64,000 bases of DNA from the human T2T-CHM13v2.0 reference genome, Homo sapiens (GCF_009914755.1 NC_060931.1), one strand, 5' to 3'; shown: positions 48,865 to 63,055, counted from the first letter of the stretch. A program made the numbers and translations. Notes: generated by a model from the sequence alone, not told the origin.

Positions 48865-48998
48865 AGCCAGGCACTATAATGTATGCCTGTAATTTCAGCT
48901 ATGTGGGAGGCTGAGGTGGGAGGATCACTTGAACCCAAGAGTTTGTAACCAGCCTGGGAAACACAGAACGACTCCATTTCAAAAAAGAAAAAAAAGAA
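48865..48998 (+). mobile_element. FLAM
   Basis: Single monomer plus tail. Confidence 0.8.
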
Positions 48999-49359
48999 GT
49001 AGCTCATGGTAAGATCTAACCTCTTATGTAATCATATAAAATTGAACTATATAGGTGGGAATAAAACGTTACTTTCCAAAAATAGTATGCAGTTAGCATT
49101 TCAACATGGCTTTAAAGTCTCACCATGGATCTCACAGGAGTTCACTTGTCTATTTGTCACGAAAGCATTTAAGGAAATAACTGAATGAGAATTCCTATTA
49201 AGCACTGGTGACAGCCTGAACTTTTTGTAGCATTGATGGAGTATGATTTAGGGTGGAGTCATACTAGTCTGGAACTAAGTGAGTGCAAGTGGAATGAAAT
49301 GATGCATTATTCATATTTTGTTATTATTAGCAATTAATTACAAACATATTACCTAGAAG

Positions 49360-49804
49360 TAGTGGTGCGCTAGTAAATGTTTAAAAACTGACTCTTCAGG
49401 GAATAAAAGTGTGCATACATATTTATATGTGTGTGTGTACATATAAGTTTATTATAAATTTCGTGACATAAAAGATATAGAGCGTACGATTTACAAATAA
49501 TAATAAAATATACAATACTTTTATTGTGACTTCATGTAGCCAATGGATTTGTGAAGAATGCATTTGTTAATTTTTGCCAAACTTTTGTTTCTGTAGCCAA
49601 CATATGGTTACAATTGAGCAATGATTTGACAAATGGAGTTGCATCTCAATCTGCTAACTCTTTCCCCAGTAAATCTTTTGTCATTAAATCTGACATGTGT
49701 ACTTTATTTTTCATGATGGCTTCATTTAACAACCAGCTTGCAAAATTCCTGAAAATTTAATACTCAGCTCTCACAATCTGGTACAAGCCAACTCCAGCAC
49801 ACCG
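49360..49804 (-). mobile_element. MER63 (hAT-Blackjack)
   Basis: TIR-like ends gtggtgcgctag / ccagcacacc; tttaacaaccagcttgcaaaattcctgaaaatttaa. Confidence 0.75.
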
Positions 49805-50639
49805 TCACTTACAACTCCACTTCACTTACAAACTCCATGCAGAGAAGTTTACACTCCTTCCAAACTCCACTTACCAACTCCACTTCTCTGACTTGAAGGA
49901 CAAAATGAGGAGCCATCTATTTTTGTTATCCAAATAATACTTCTCTGACATGAAAATATCTTTCTTCTCTGTAATCCCATCTCTCTGACCATTCCCACAT
50001 CCCACCATAGGAAATCCATACACCTCAGGGACTGTACAGTCAGGTCTGCCTCTAGAAGAGAAAACCAGAAATTTGGCTCAGAGTGGCACACTGGGCTAGA
50101 TCTAGGCTGTTGCTGGTGTCATAGCCACATGATGGCACTATTGAAACACAGGTGTTGCAGCTGCCTCAATACCCCCTCCATACCCAGCCCCCAGCTTGTC
50201 CTCAGTCATGCAAAGCCTACATCTCTTCTAAAAACCTCACATCTCTGTCTCCTTTCACACCCAGTTCCTTTCAGTGCAGGAAGTTCCTTAAGTGCCAAAA
50301 GCCCATGGGCATTCTGCTTGCCTAAAAGTCATATCACAGGACCTTCCTGTTGCATCTGTCCTGGCAACTTCTACCTTTTGACATCTGATTTTTAGACTCT
50401 GTCATCCATAAGTCACCAGGGCCTTCTCTGTCTCTCACTGATGCAGGCAATGCTTTGTCCGAATACCATTCCAGGGCCTGGGTTCAAGTTCTTATAATTT
50501 GTGTGTCCTTATTTATTTGTGTCTTTCTGTCTTCCATTGTTTACTTTATCTGCATGGCCTGCTCCATATGAGATCCTAATGGGAAAACTTGATTGTTTAT
50601 CATTTTCCATAAGAAATCCAACACAACTCAGCATTTTTA

Positions 50640-50940
50640 TGTTTTGGTAGCCTCATTGAAGTGTTCCCAGTTTCATATAAATATCACAGGGAAAGACTCT
50701 AATTGGCCCCGCTAGGGTCATATTCCTACTACTGGGCCAGTGTGTGGCCAGGAGGATGGAATACTACGAATGATTAGACCTGCATCGCATGACAACTTCT
50801 ATGATGGTAAGAATATAAATGAAAGCCCAGAACTGCATGGAGTGAAGGAGGAGCAATATCCTCAAAGAAGTGGGAAAGTATTACCTGAAGATGGGAGACA
50901 GAAATACCGAGAGGATAAATGCAACAAACATTTCCTACTG
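50640..50940 (-). mobile_element. Old MLT1 (K/L-like) LTR fragment
   Basis: gggaaagactctaattggcccc...tgtggccaggaggatggaatact. Confidence 0.55.
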
Positions 50941-51911
50941 GTAGAGATTTTACCCTTCCTTATGGCTAGTTCTCCTTTTTGGGATGTTTTACAATTCATG
51001 GAGAAAATAGGGAATTATATGCTTTGGGAAAGAATGGTAAAATGAAAACATATTTACCATAAAGTGATGCTGAAGAATGTCCTTTGAAGCATTCCTTTGA
51101 AATATCAGCTTATCTATTATGAAGCTTGGATTTTCACCCATATAATTGGCATTATCAAAGCAGGGGCATGATTTTGGCATGCTTTCAAACTCTCTGACAT
51201 GTGGCATTACTTTAAATTCTCCCTTAATATGCTGTCATTATAATTTAGGAGCTTCAGTGGAAAGTAAAGCAGAAGCTGCCTTATACTACTTTGGTAAAGC
51301 CAAAAAATGCAAAATAATCCCACTGCTATTTATTCTACTATTCTAGTTTTATATTTTTGTCTTATAGACTTTTTCATCTCTAAAAATTCAAAACATATAG
51401 ATTAAAATAAAGAAAATAATTTAACTTTGGAATGTGAGTTCTGCCAATAGTGGAGCGTGTTCACAAAGGAGTTCCTTTTGCCCTACTGATTTTCTGGCGG
51501 CCTGATGCTGTTTGCATGCCTCACCACCGGAAGCCTATCTTCTATCTAGCATCTTCATAGCACATGCACTTCTAAAAAGAGTTCAGGGGAGTAGGCTTCA
51601 AACTGGATACTCATATATTCCTAGGGTACATGAAGACTTTCCAAAAGCACATTGTGATGGATAGTGCAATCAGTTTCCAGATTCCCAACTTCTACATCTT
51701 GGTTTCCTGAGAGCTCCTTTTAAGGCCTGCCAATATCTGCCTTTACACATTCACCCTTCTTCCATCTCAGAGAAGACGGACTTATCTCTCTCCCAACTTG
51801 AATCTTACCTTGGTGTATTGCTCTGGCGTATACAAATCTTGAGGATAACTCATAAGGGGATAATTTAAAATGCACTGCTTCTGAGGGGGCTTCTTCTCAT
51901 TCCTCCCTAAC

Positions 51912-52009
51912 AGAAGAAAGAAGGAAAGAAAGAGAGGGAGGGAGGGAGGGAGGGAGGGAGGAAGGAAGGAAGGAAGGAAGGAAGGAAGGAAGGAAGGAAG
52001 GAAAGAAAG

Positions 52010-52040
<31 letters not shown>

Positions 52041-52063
52041 GAAAGAGAAAGAAAGAAAGAAAA
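51912..52063 (+). repeat. 152-nt pure polypurine tract: (GGGA)6 (GGAA)11 (GAAA)n
   Basis: Read directly; GGGA 51936-51959, GGAA 51960-52003. Confidence 0.97.
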
Positions 52064-52102
52064 CAAGAGCAAAGACAGTCTCAGTAAAAATTACTAACGC
52101 CT

Positions 52103-52418
<316 letters not shown>

Positions 52419-52698
52419 TTATCCAGGCAACAAACTCTTGGCAAATCTCCATGCCTTCTCTCTCTACCTTGTCTCTGTCTCTCTCTCTACCTCGTCTCTG
52501 TCTCTCTCTTGTAGAATTAAGATTCACAATGATAGGCCATTCATTTAAATTTTGAAATGATAGGCAGTAAGTCTGATTTAGCTGATTGGTTTGACAGGAG
52601 AGACTGGCTTCTCCAGTAACGTATTTGTACAGTGGACTTACTCCATAAAGTGAGCGAGCTAAACCTGCAGCTCCAAGGATTTGATAAAAATAAAATTA

Positions 52699-53013
52699 GG
52701 CCAGCCACTGTGCCTAAAGCCAGTAATCCCAGCACTTTGGGAGGCTGAAGGGGGAGGATCACTTGAGGCTAGAAATCCAGATCAGCCTGGGCAACATGGT
52801 GAGACTGCCACCCCCTCCCCCAACTCCATCTCTACAAAAAAATGAAAAATAAGCTGGGCACAGTGCTGTGTGCCTGTAGTTTTACTACTTGGGAGGCTGA
52901 GGCAGGAGGATCTCTTGAGCCCAGGAGTTTGAGGCTTCAGTAAGCGATGATCAAGCCGCTGCACTCCAGCCTGGGCCACAGACAGAAAGACCTTGTCCCA
53001 AAAAATAAAATAA
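52699..53013 (+). mobile_element. AluJ
   Basis: Diverged dimer. Confidence 0.85.
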
Positions 53014-53271
53014 AGTACATATTCAAATTATAATACACCAGGAAATACATTATTTGCAATGACTTAAACTTAAGATAAAATATTTTTAGATATCCTTGTA
53101 AAATGTTCAAGAGACCCGTTGTTTTTCAAAATGCTTTGGAGATTAAATTTGCAAAGAATTTTGAAGGCCCTGGGTCTAAAGAACCAGAAAAATACTTTGA
53201 ACAGTTTAAACTCTATTAAGAAAATATAACTATATAACTTACAGCCATAATTATTAAAAATACCCCATTGA

Positions 53272-53637
<366 letters not shown>

Positions 53638-55740
53638 TTTTTTTACTCTTGAGTCTATTCAAATGTGGGGATTTTCCTGTTGAATATAGAATTTGGCCAG
53701 AGGACATACTAGCTTTCAGTCCCACTATCTTTTATGCTATAGGAGGGAAGTACCTGGTGTTTAAATTCAATTTTCCCAATATTTAAGCCTATTACACTTA
53801 TATTTTAACCCCTACAAGAGCAAACGTTTCTGATTACAGTTCTCCTGGTGGTGGTTTTTCCCCTCTGCTAAATATTTCTCAAAAAAGAAGAAAATAGCAA
53901 TTTCCCCATAGTCTGGTAGATCCCATGACTATTTCTACCCTATGAAAAAGAAAATCGCGAAAGAACTACTAACTTTTACTTTCCCTCTTCCACCTCTGCT
54001 GCTTAGATACCTTAGGGTCACTTAACACAATTATAATGAAAAATTAATTACTAAAGTTTGATTATATTAAATTGCCAGATGGTTTCACTGACCCAGAGCC
54101 AAACTGGTTTTTCTACCAGAATTTTCCTCCCTGTTTCTAATAACTAAAAAAAAAAAAATTGAAACTATAATATAAAGACTGTAAATGCTAAGCAGCACAA
54201 TTTTCTCCACAAACGGTACCCTCTTACCCATTAATTTGCTGCCAGCTGAGAGAAAAATTTAGCAGGGACAGGGAGACCCCTGAGAGGTAGAGGGAGGGAG
54301 AAGAAGCGACTGCAAAGAGAAAGGGAGCTGTTTGGAGATGTGCATGTGACAGAGACAAACTTCCTATTGCATAAGCTTGCTTCTGGCAAGGCCAGGCCTT
54401 GAGGACAAGGCTCTCTTTAATCACCACATTGAACCTGGGATGACCTTGGTTTGGGGAGACATAGTAATGTATTGATACATATTTGGAGCAGAGGGTTAAT
54501 TTTTGATTTAGCTTTTCTGCACTTAATTTTTATTTTCTATCTGCCTTGTAGGCAAAGCCCTTGCGATAATAAACTAGGTGTGGCTACAACTTTTGGTACA
54601 AAAATCGAGCTTTGAAAAAGATATTCTAGCTATAGACTTGGAAGCGTTTTTCTTTTTTTCTCTTGTTTCCATAATATTTTTGATGTAGTGGCTGATTCAT
54701 CTATATTTTGCGCTTGCATCCTGTAAAGATTTTTCTGTTGACTCATTTGAGGAGTAAAAACTCCCCAATTTTTTTTTCAAGAATATAATCCCAAAAGAGT
54801 AATTACCTGTTCCCTGTGGTGATAGGAACATTTTCTAGTCTCATCAGCAGAGACTGCAGAGCACAGCCAATGAACAATGAATAACTGTTAATAAGGATAA
54901 AGCCATAAATAAGCAAAATTAAAGTGTGATTCATTATAAATTGTAATGGTGGACATGTTACCAAGAAGAAACAAGTTAACTACTCATGTAACATATTTTA
55001 AAATGATGAGAAAACCATTCATTGGTACAGAACTCTTCCTCAGCTCAGATTAAATGAAGATTTAAGTGCAGTTAAGTGTATACACGTGCACTAGAGAGTA
55101 GACAGAATCTTCTTGCCAACTGCTTCATACTAATAAGGACACTGAGGTCACCGAGGAATTCACTGAGACTCTGTCTACGCAAGGGCCCAAAGTCATCAGT
55201 TTTGAGACAGTTCCTTACAAATCTGTTTTCACTATCATGTAGGAATAATCATAATTTTATAATATCAATATGGTCTACCTTATCACTTTTGCGAACCAAT
55301 AGGCATCCCCCCAATTCCCCCAGTTCCTCAGCAGGTGCTGTTAAGGTAAAGCTTCTGTTTGCCTAGCCTTCTAAGGTTAATCTAATCAATATTGAATTAT
55401 GTATTGACTTACTTCTTCAAGGCACCAAACCTATTTTCCATCAAGAGAATAGGAGAATGATGTACCAGAAAGCATACTGCAGACCAGAGGACTGACTCAA
55501 TGTTTTAGCATGATATAGGATGAAATACAGCATAAGAAAGTGCAGGCAAGGAGAAAACATACGGATGGGAAATATATCTTGTCTGGAAACACAAATTTAA
55601 AGCATTCCCTTCCATATACTCTGATCAAGACGACAGAATGAGTTTACTTGGAAGCAACATCCTACCCACAAGAAAACCACCCTCTGCCCTCCACAGCATC
55701 ATAGACAGAATGTTTATTTTAATAAGTCTATACTTAGAAG

Positions 55741-56225
55741 TGATAAAGAAAAAAATTATTCAATGATGCTTGTTAAAGCATGCTAAAGAAGACTTTATTC
55801 AGGAAGACTGCAATAAGTGTAAGAACCATGGCGAGGGGATTTTGCAGTGGAGGAGAGAGATTGGGCTCAACTCCGAATACAACACAGGCAAATGGGAATT
55901 TATAGCCAAGAAGCAGGGTAGGGCTCAGTGGATAAAAATTACTAAGAGGACACATTAAGGGTAAGGGGGATTCTGGTGAAATTGACCTAACAGGATTCTT
56001 GCTGAAGACAGGCCAGGGTGATCAGACATCTCCTGCAGGATGGCGGAGTTTGAGGAACCTGATCAAGCTATTGAGGGTGATAGGAAATGCAGGATGGAGA
56101 GTTCTTGCTAAACTGACTTAGCAGGGCTCTTGCCAAAACTGGATTTTACAAGGAAGAGCATAGATGGGCCTAGGAGAAGGTTCAGGAGCCTGACTAAAAT
56201 TTGGTCAAGCAAAGCATCTTTGTCA
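55741..56225 (-). mobile_element. MER31-type ERV1 solo LTR
   Basis: TG...CA ends; gggcctaggagaaggttcaggagcctgactaaa...tttgtca; 4-bp flanks gaag/aaag. Confidence 0.8.
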
Positions 56226-56550
56226 AAAGACATCTCCAAGTTCCAAAATGAGAAGCTTAAAATGGGATTTGAAATATGTCTCTATGTACACATGGAGAAA
56301 TAAGAAACATGATAAATTTATGTATTTTCTTTTAGAGAAGTTTGTGATATATTAAGTAAAAATAGTAAATTGTGGATTCACATTTATAATTCTATTTCAC
56401 AGAAAACAAACTCAAAAATCAATCTGTGTGTGTGTGAGATGAGCAAATTATATAGGCTAGATTATACTATATAATTTGTGAAATGATACATGTTGGTCAT
56501 TTAACATGTGAGCCTTAGATGGCAGAGACAGAATATATACATAAAATAGT

Positions 56551-56670
56551 TTTTTGGCTTTTTAAAAGAGACAGGGTCTTGCTGTGTTGTCCAGGCTAAC
56601 TGGAACCCCTAGACTCAAGTAGTCCTCCTATCTTAGGCTCTTAAGTAGCTGGGACCACAGGCATGTGCCA
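56551..56670 (-). mobile_element. FLAM / Alu fragment
   Basis: Single diverged arm. Confidence 0.7.
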
Positions 56671-57103
56671 GGAAAAATTGTTTTTTTAAAATATAACTTT
56701 GTATAATCTCAGTTGTTACAACTAGCCTGTATTATTTTTATAGTTTGAAAATCCCCAAATTAAGGGAAGTATAAAAAAAATTACATGACTAAGTTTAACA
56801 TAGTTTCTAGATTCAATAGTAAATTTCATACTGATTCAGGATTCATTTGTAAATTTTCTAAATTTCATCTAATTATAAAAATATTAAATATTCATTTAAG
56901 AAATACTGAACAACAGAAAATCACACAAATACAAAGAAAATAGGTAACACCAATAATTCCAACTCTTAGAGATAAATATTATGAACATTAATATTTTGGT
57001 GTAATTATTTCTGGTCTTTTTTTTTCTATGTATGCTATGTGTGTGTTTGTATATTTAAAACAAAAATTAAAAAAAAATACTTTCTATACCCCACTGTTTT
57101 TGA

Positions 57104-57428
<325 letters not shown>

Positions 57429-57663
57429 TCAAACATCTTTCTTTAGCAGCAGTGTAGTGACTATACTGCACACTGTAAGGGCAAGGATTATATTTGACTA
57501 AAATGAAACGGTGATTTAAACACAAAAGCAGGCAGTTTAGGGATGGTGTGGTGGTTCCTTGACGTCAAGGCTGACTGTAATTGTGGGGCCCAGTGCAAAA
57601 TGAAAATGTGGGGGCCCCTGTTCAAAAATTTAAAAAGTGTTTCATTAAGAGTACTGAAACATA

Positions 57664-57900
57664 GGCTGGGCGTGGTGGCTCATGCCTGTAATCCCGGCAC
57701 TTTGGGAGGCCTAGGCGGGCAGATCACCTGAGGTCAGGAGTTCAAGACCGGCCTGGCGAACATGGTGAAAGCCCGTCTCTACAAAAATACAAAAATTAGC
57801 TGGGCATGATGGCAGGTGCCTGTAATCCCAGCTACTTGGGAGGCTGAGGCAGCACAATCGCTTGAGCCTGAGAGGCGGAGGTTGCAAACAAACAAAAAAA
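57664..57900 (+). mobile_element. AluS missing the 3' end of its right arm
   Basis: gaggttgca joins the tail directly; TSD aagagtactgaaaYata. Confidence 0.9.
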
Positions 57901-58718
57901 GAGTACTGAAATATAAAGATTTTTCTTTTCTACTGGGACCTCTCTCTTGACTTGCCCTGGTGTTTTTTTAAAATTTCCTATTGTTGTTCTAAGTAACAAA
58001 AACTACGTAAAAACGTAAATTGATAGCATGAATTTTACCCTTCATCTTTATATTAAGCAATGCTAGTTTTAAATGCAAATATAAGAACATTTAATGTGTG
58101 TACATGAGATCACCGAAATCACATAATTCATATTTTATAATATGTGTGTGCATTTGTACTTTGTTCTTAACCAGAAGAATGAAAATGTTGCACAAAATGA
58201 AATTAACTGTTTTTATTTCACTTCTTGATACAAGCAGCTTCTACCAACACTTTCTACCTTTGGCTTACTGATAAGTAAGGAAGGACTGAAATTAAAAGGA
58301 ACTATGGGCTGTCTAACTTCCCTTTTCCTTCTATGTTATTATTTTCAGGGTAAGTTGTTGACTACTACAGGGAAGTAACATAAGTAAGAAATGACACAAC
58401 AGGATTCCTTGATTGTTTATGTTCCTAGAAATGCCACTGCCTTCTTTCTGCATAGCAAGTTCTAGTTCAGATGGAAAGTGTGGCCTCTTGGGGCCATCAG
58501 TACTCCAATTAATTAGTCATAGATCTAACACATTTTCCTTGTACACTCTGAGTCTCATTGAACTCTCACTCATTGTGGGGCCTCCGGAATTCAGAGCTCA
58601 TGAGACTACATGCAAATAGGGCAACAAGAAACAGCAGACGTGCTGATTGTGTGTAACTTCTCTTTTCACACACATGCTTCCTTGTTCTACTAGACTTTAT
58701 GTAGAAAGCACAACCTCA

Positions 58719-59030
58719 GGCTCGGTGTGGTGACTCATGCCTGCAATCACAGCACTTTGGGAGGCCAAGGCAGGCAGATCACTTGAGCTCAGGTGTTTGA
58801 GACCAGCCTGGGCAATGTGGCAAAACCCTGTGTCTACAAGAAATAAAAAAATAAAAATAAAACAAAACAAAACAAACGGACGTGGACGCACATGCCTGTA
58901 GTCCCAGCTACTTTGGAGGCTGAGGAGAGAGGATCACTTGAGCTCAGGAGGCAGAGGCTGCAGTGAGACTGCACTGCAGCCTGGGCCATAGAGGGAAATC
59001 CAGTCTCAAAAAACAAAACAAAACCAAAAA
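58719..59030 (+). mobile_element. AluJ
   Basis: Diverged dimer with an expanded linker. Confidence 0.85.
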
Positions 59031-59144
59031 ATATAACATCAAAGATGACAGTTATTAAAAGTTTCAAGGTAGCAATAATAGAGCATTGAACCACATGTGA
59101 GGCCCTTCTGAGCAGAGGTCCTTGTATGACTGCACACTCCAAAT

Positions 59145-59492
59145 CTTCCAGGATTTGGTCTTCTTTATCTTTTTCCTCCTTCATATGAGGGTCTCCAACC
59201 TCAAGGTCACTTCATGGTCCAAGCTGACTGTTGAAGTTCAACATCAGCAAAAGGGGTGCAAAGAAGTCTCCCCTTTGGGCTGAATCAGCTCTCTAGAGGG
59301 AGACTTCGCAGAAGCCCAGCTCTGCTTTCATCTCATTAGCCAGAACTTAGTGATGGGACTACACTTAACTCTAAGGACAGCTGGAAAATGTAGTCTTTTT
59401 GCTGGATACATGGCCACCCAGCAAGAAATAAGGCTTTTACTAAGAAATAAAGGTGAATGGATATGGGTAGGCAACTAACAGTCCCTGCCATA
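59145..59492 (-). mobile_element. Old MLT1 (J/K-like) LTR
   Basis: ctcattagccagaacttagt...gctggaaaatgtagtcttt...gggtaggcaact...ctgcca. Confidence 0.6.
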
Positions 59493-59844
59493 CCAAGTGA
59501 AAAAAATATTTAAGCAAACCTTAATTTTTATTTACAAAAATCAGGTTGTATCTGATTTTTCACCATTATCGACATTACTTGCAAACTTTTCAATTGTGTC
59601 TTGCTCTAAATTTTTAAAAAACACATCCCTAAATAACAAGTACACTTCTTTGGAATAATTTTCTGTTTATTAAATCAAATTAAATAATTTGTATTTAATT
59701 AAGCTTGCAACAATAACAGTTGAGTTCTTTTTAAAAAGGAGGGCAATTGAATGTTTATATTGATATTTAGTCCTGACATAAGCTTGACCTTGTGGGTCAA
59801 GGAATAGATGGCTAAGATAAAGATATGTTAAATTATGATTTTCT

Positions 59845-60173
<329 letters not shown>

Positions 60174-61929
60174 TAAATTATGATTTTCTATTCTTGTACA
60201 GTATTGCTAATTAATGTGTGACTACATTACATAAAGCAAAAGTGATGTAAGCAGCTTCTGAAGGTTGCTGATTTTTTAAAGATCATTTATGTCTACTTAA
60301 ATCAATCTACTGCCAATATCTGGATGCATTGTATCATCTTGCATTAATGTTATCTACTTGAAGCATTCCAGATGACTAAATTTAAATGAGAAATAGCTAT
60401 TGTTCATTTCTGCATTAGCATTTTACATGGCGTATAATCAAACTGCTCTTTAATTGGTGAAAACTAGTTCTCTGTTTGGTGTTAGTAACTCAAGGCTGAA
60501 ATAACTTGAATTTTCTTAGCTCATTTTTATGTTTCTCACATCTTTGCCAAGCTTATCAAATTATTTCCATGTGAAATGAAAAAAGACTTTACTAGCCTCC
60601 ACAACATTTTTATTTCAAGTAAATAACTGTGAAAGAATTTACTTATTCAAACCAGTTTTTAAAATTTGTTTTTAAATTACAAGAACTTGTAGTTTATTAA
60701 ACAACAATTTCTGCATATTTAGATTCTAATGTGAGATTTTTCTGAATGAATTTGGGCACAATTCTATTTCAAAAATGGAACCATTAAAATCTGAGCATTA
60801 TGAGTAAACTATTATTTATAGAGTATAGTTCTACATATTCTGACATTTTATCTTTCACATATAAATATCTGGGTACATGCACATCTGAGCGTATAAAATT
60901 AAACTACCTGAACACCTTTAAAAAATTAGAGTAAAACGTAAAAATGTCTATAAAAAGAAATTCATTAGAGATTTCAAAATATCCGTAAGTGCTAAATAAG
61001 GTTTCCAGAAATCAGTGATTACGCTGAAACGTGTCACAAGGGGAACTGTTAACAAGTGTTACTTTGCCAATGGTAGGAAGATTGCCAACCTTTAATTGGC
61101 TTTAAAGTTGGTGTTCTATCAATGGTGTATTGTAAAAGGTAATAATGCCCACATTTATTATTTAAGCCTGAAACGGGAACTCTAGATTTGACTAAAGGTG
61201 GCACTGTGCACTAGTCCTTCTAATTAAAAATATTCAAATGCCCACATTTTAAATTTGATTAAGATGCACATTATCATGTTTATCATTAACAATAGCAAAA
61301 CAAAAGATGTTTGTCTACACTTTACAATACACAGTGACCAGTCAACCTTCCCTTTTGGTTTGCTATTCATTAACTGTTTTGTTCTAAGGAAAATGCTGAA
61401 AATAGCTCTTGGTAGGTTGATAGGAAGGTACAATTTTATTGAATGAAACCCGAATTTGGCGTGCCATCTTTCTTTGTATTCTGTTAAGGTCAGGGAGGCT
61501 CCTCATTAATAAACGCAAATAAGGGATTATCTTATCTTCCAGAATAAACAATGCTCTATCCGTTGGTTTCTGGATTTCTAACCATGAATTACCATATAAT
61601 GACCCAGAACCTAGGACAGCACAAGAGAGCTCTTGAATAACAATTATGAACAAATAAATATGAGGAAAAACCAGTCAAACACTTAAGATAGAAAATTCCC
61701 ACAGAAAGATCACTTTCAATATGTGTGAGGCTTCAGAGAGTAGGAAAAAGATCCATTGAAGATTTTTGAGGGAAATCAGCTGAATGTTGAATATCAGCAT
61801 TCATCTGATTAACCTCGAAGTTTTGTCCTGCTAACTTGAATAGCTTTGCGGATTAGGGATAGTTTACAATTTTTCTGACTCTGGCACATTACATATTCAT
61901 CAGACTAACATTCTATACCAGGCATGTGT

Positions 61930-62241
<312 letters not shown>

Positions 62242-62353
62242 TAGCCCTCTCCTCTTCCTTCCACCCCATGTGACATTCACATCCTCCATGTTTTAGCTCA
62301 TTGGCCGTAAGAAAGATGCAAGGCACATGGAGTGACGATAGCTACAAGACCCT

Positions 62354-62880
62354 TGTGGCAGACCTCGTTGGTTTCCTTCCCAAGGTCTCCTTCCTTGCTG
62401 GCAGGGCCATCTATATTCTATAACAGAGACAGAAAATACCCAGTACTCCCATTCCTAGCTTCCCTGTGACCCCAGTTCTGGTTTATGATGTGAGGTGAAG
62501 TCTGCTGAGAATTTCTGGAAAGAAGAAAAGAATAAAAGTTTCTCCCCACTCCCCATCCCCAGGCTTTCTGTTTTTAATGTGATCAGGTAAAAGATGTGAT
62601 GTTTGAAGCCCAGAAGGCCGTTTTGTGACAATGAGGATGAAGCTTAAGATATCGCATAAAAGCCAACTTACTGTCTGTTACCCAGGCTGTCACCCGGGTG
62701 GAGTACAGTGGCTTAATCACAGCTCACTGCAACCTCAAACTCCTGGGCTCAAGTGATCCTCCTGCCTCAGCCTCCTGAGTAGCTAGGACTAAAGGCATGC
62801 ACCAAAAGATAAGCTATCTTTTAATGCCACTTGTTAATTGATTTTTTTACTTGTATCCAAAAGCATCTTATCAATACCAC
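62354..62880 (+). mobile_element. Old MLT1 LTR containing a tailless Alu fragment (62672-62803)
   Basis: tgtggcag...cccagttctgg...gaagtctgctg...aaaagcatctta. Confidence 0.6.
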
Positions 62881-63055
62881 TGAATCAATATAGTTTTCTA
62901 ATATAAACAGACTGACCTGTGATGACTTAAGTTGCCTTTCAGACTGTGCATAGTATCTACTAGATCATTTCTGAATCCAATTTCTATTATGCTATAGAAA
63001 AGTAGTTATCAATCAAAGGTATACATCTAATATGTTGAGATTTAGATATAATCTA

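Larger units (their letters stand above)
57566..59140 (-). mobile_element. Long MER45-family (hAT-Tip100) element carrying two Alus
   Basis: ggggcccagtgcaaaatgaaaatgtggggcccc at the left end and agagcattgaacc...ggcccttctgagc...gactgcaca at the right end. Confidence 0.75.

Noticed and set aside
59201-59209. Perfect TCAAGGTCA ERR element
   Set aside because: Isolated 9-mer within an MLT1 relic with no supporting cluster.
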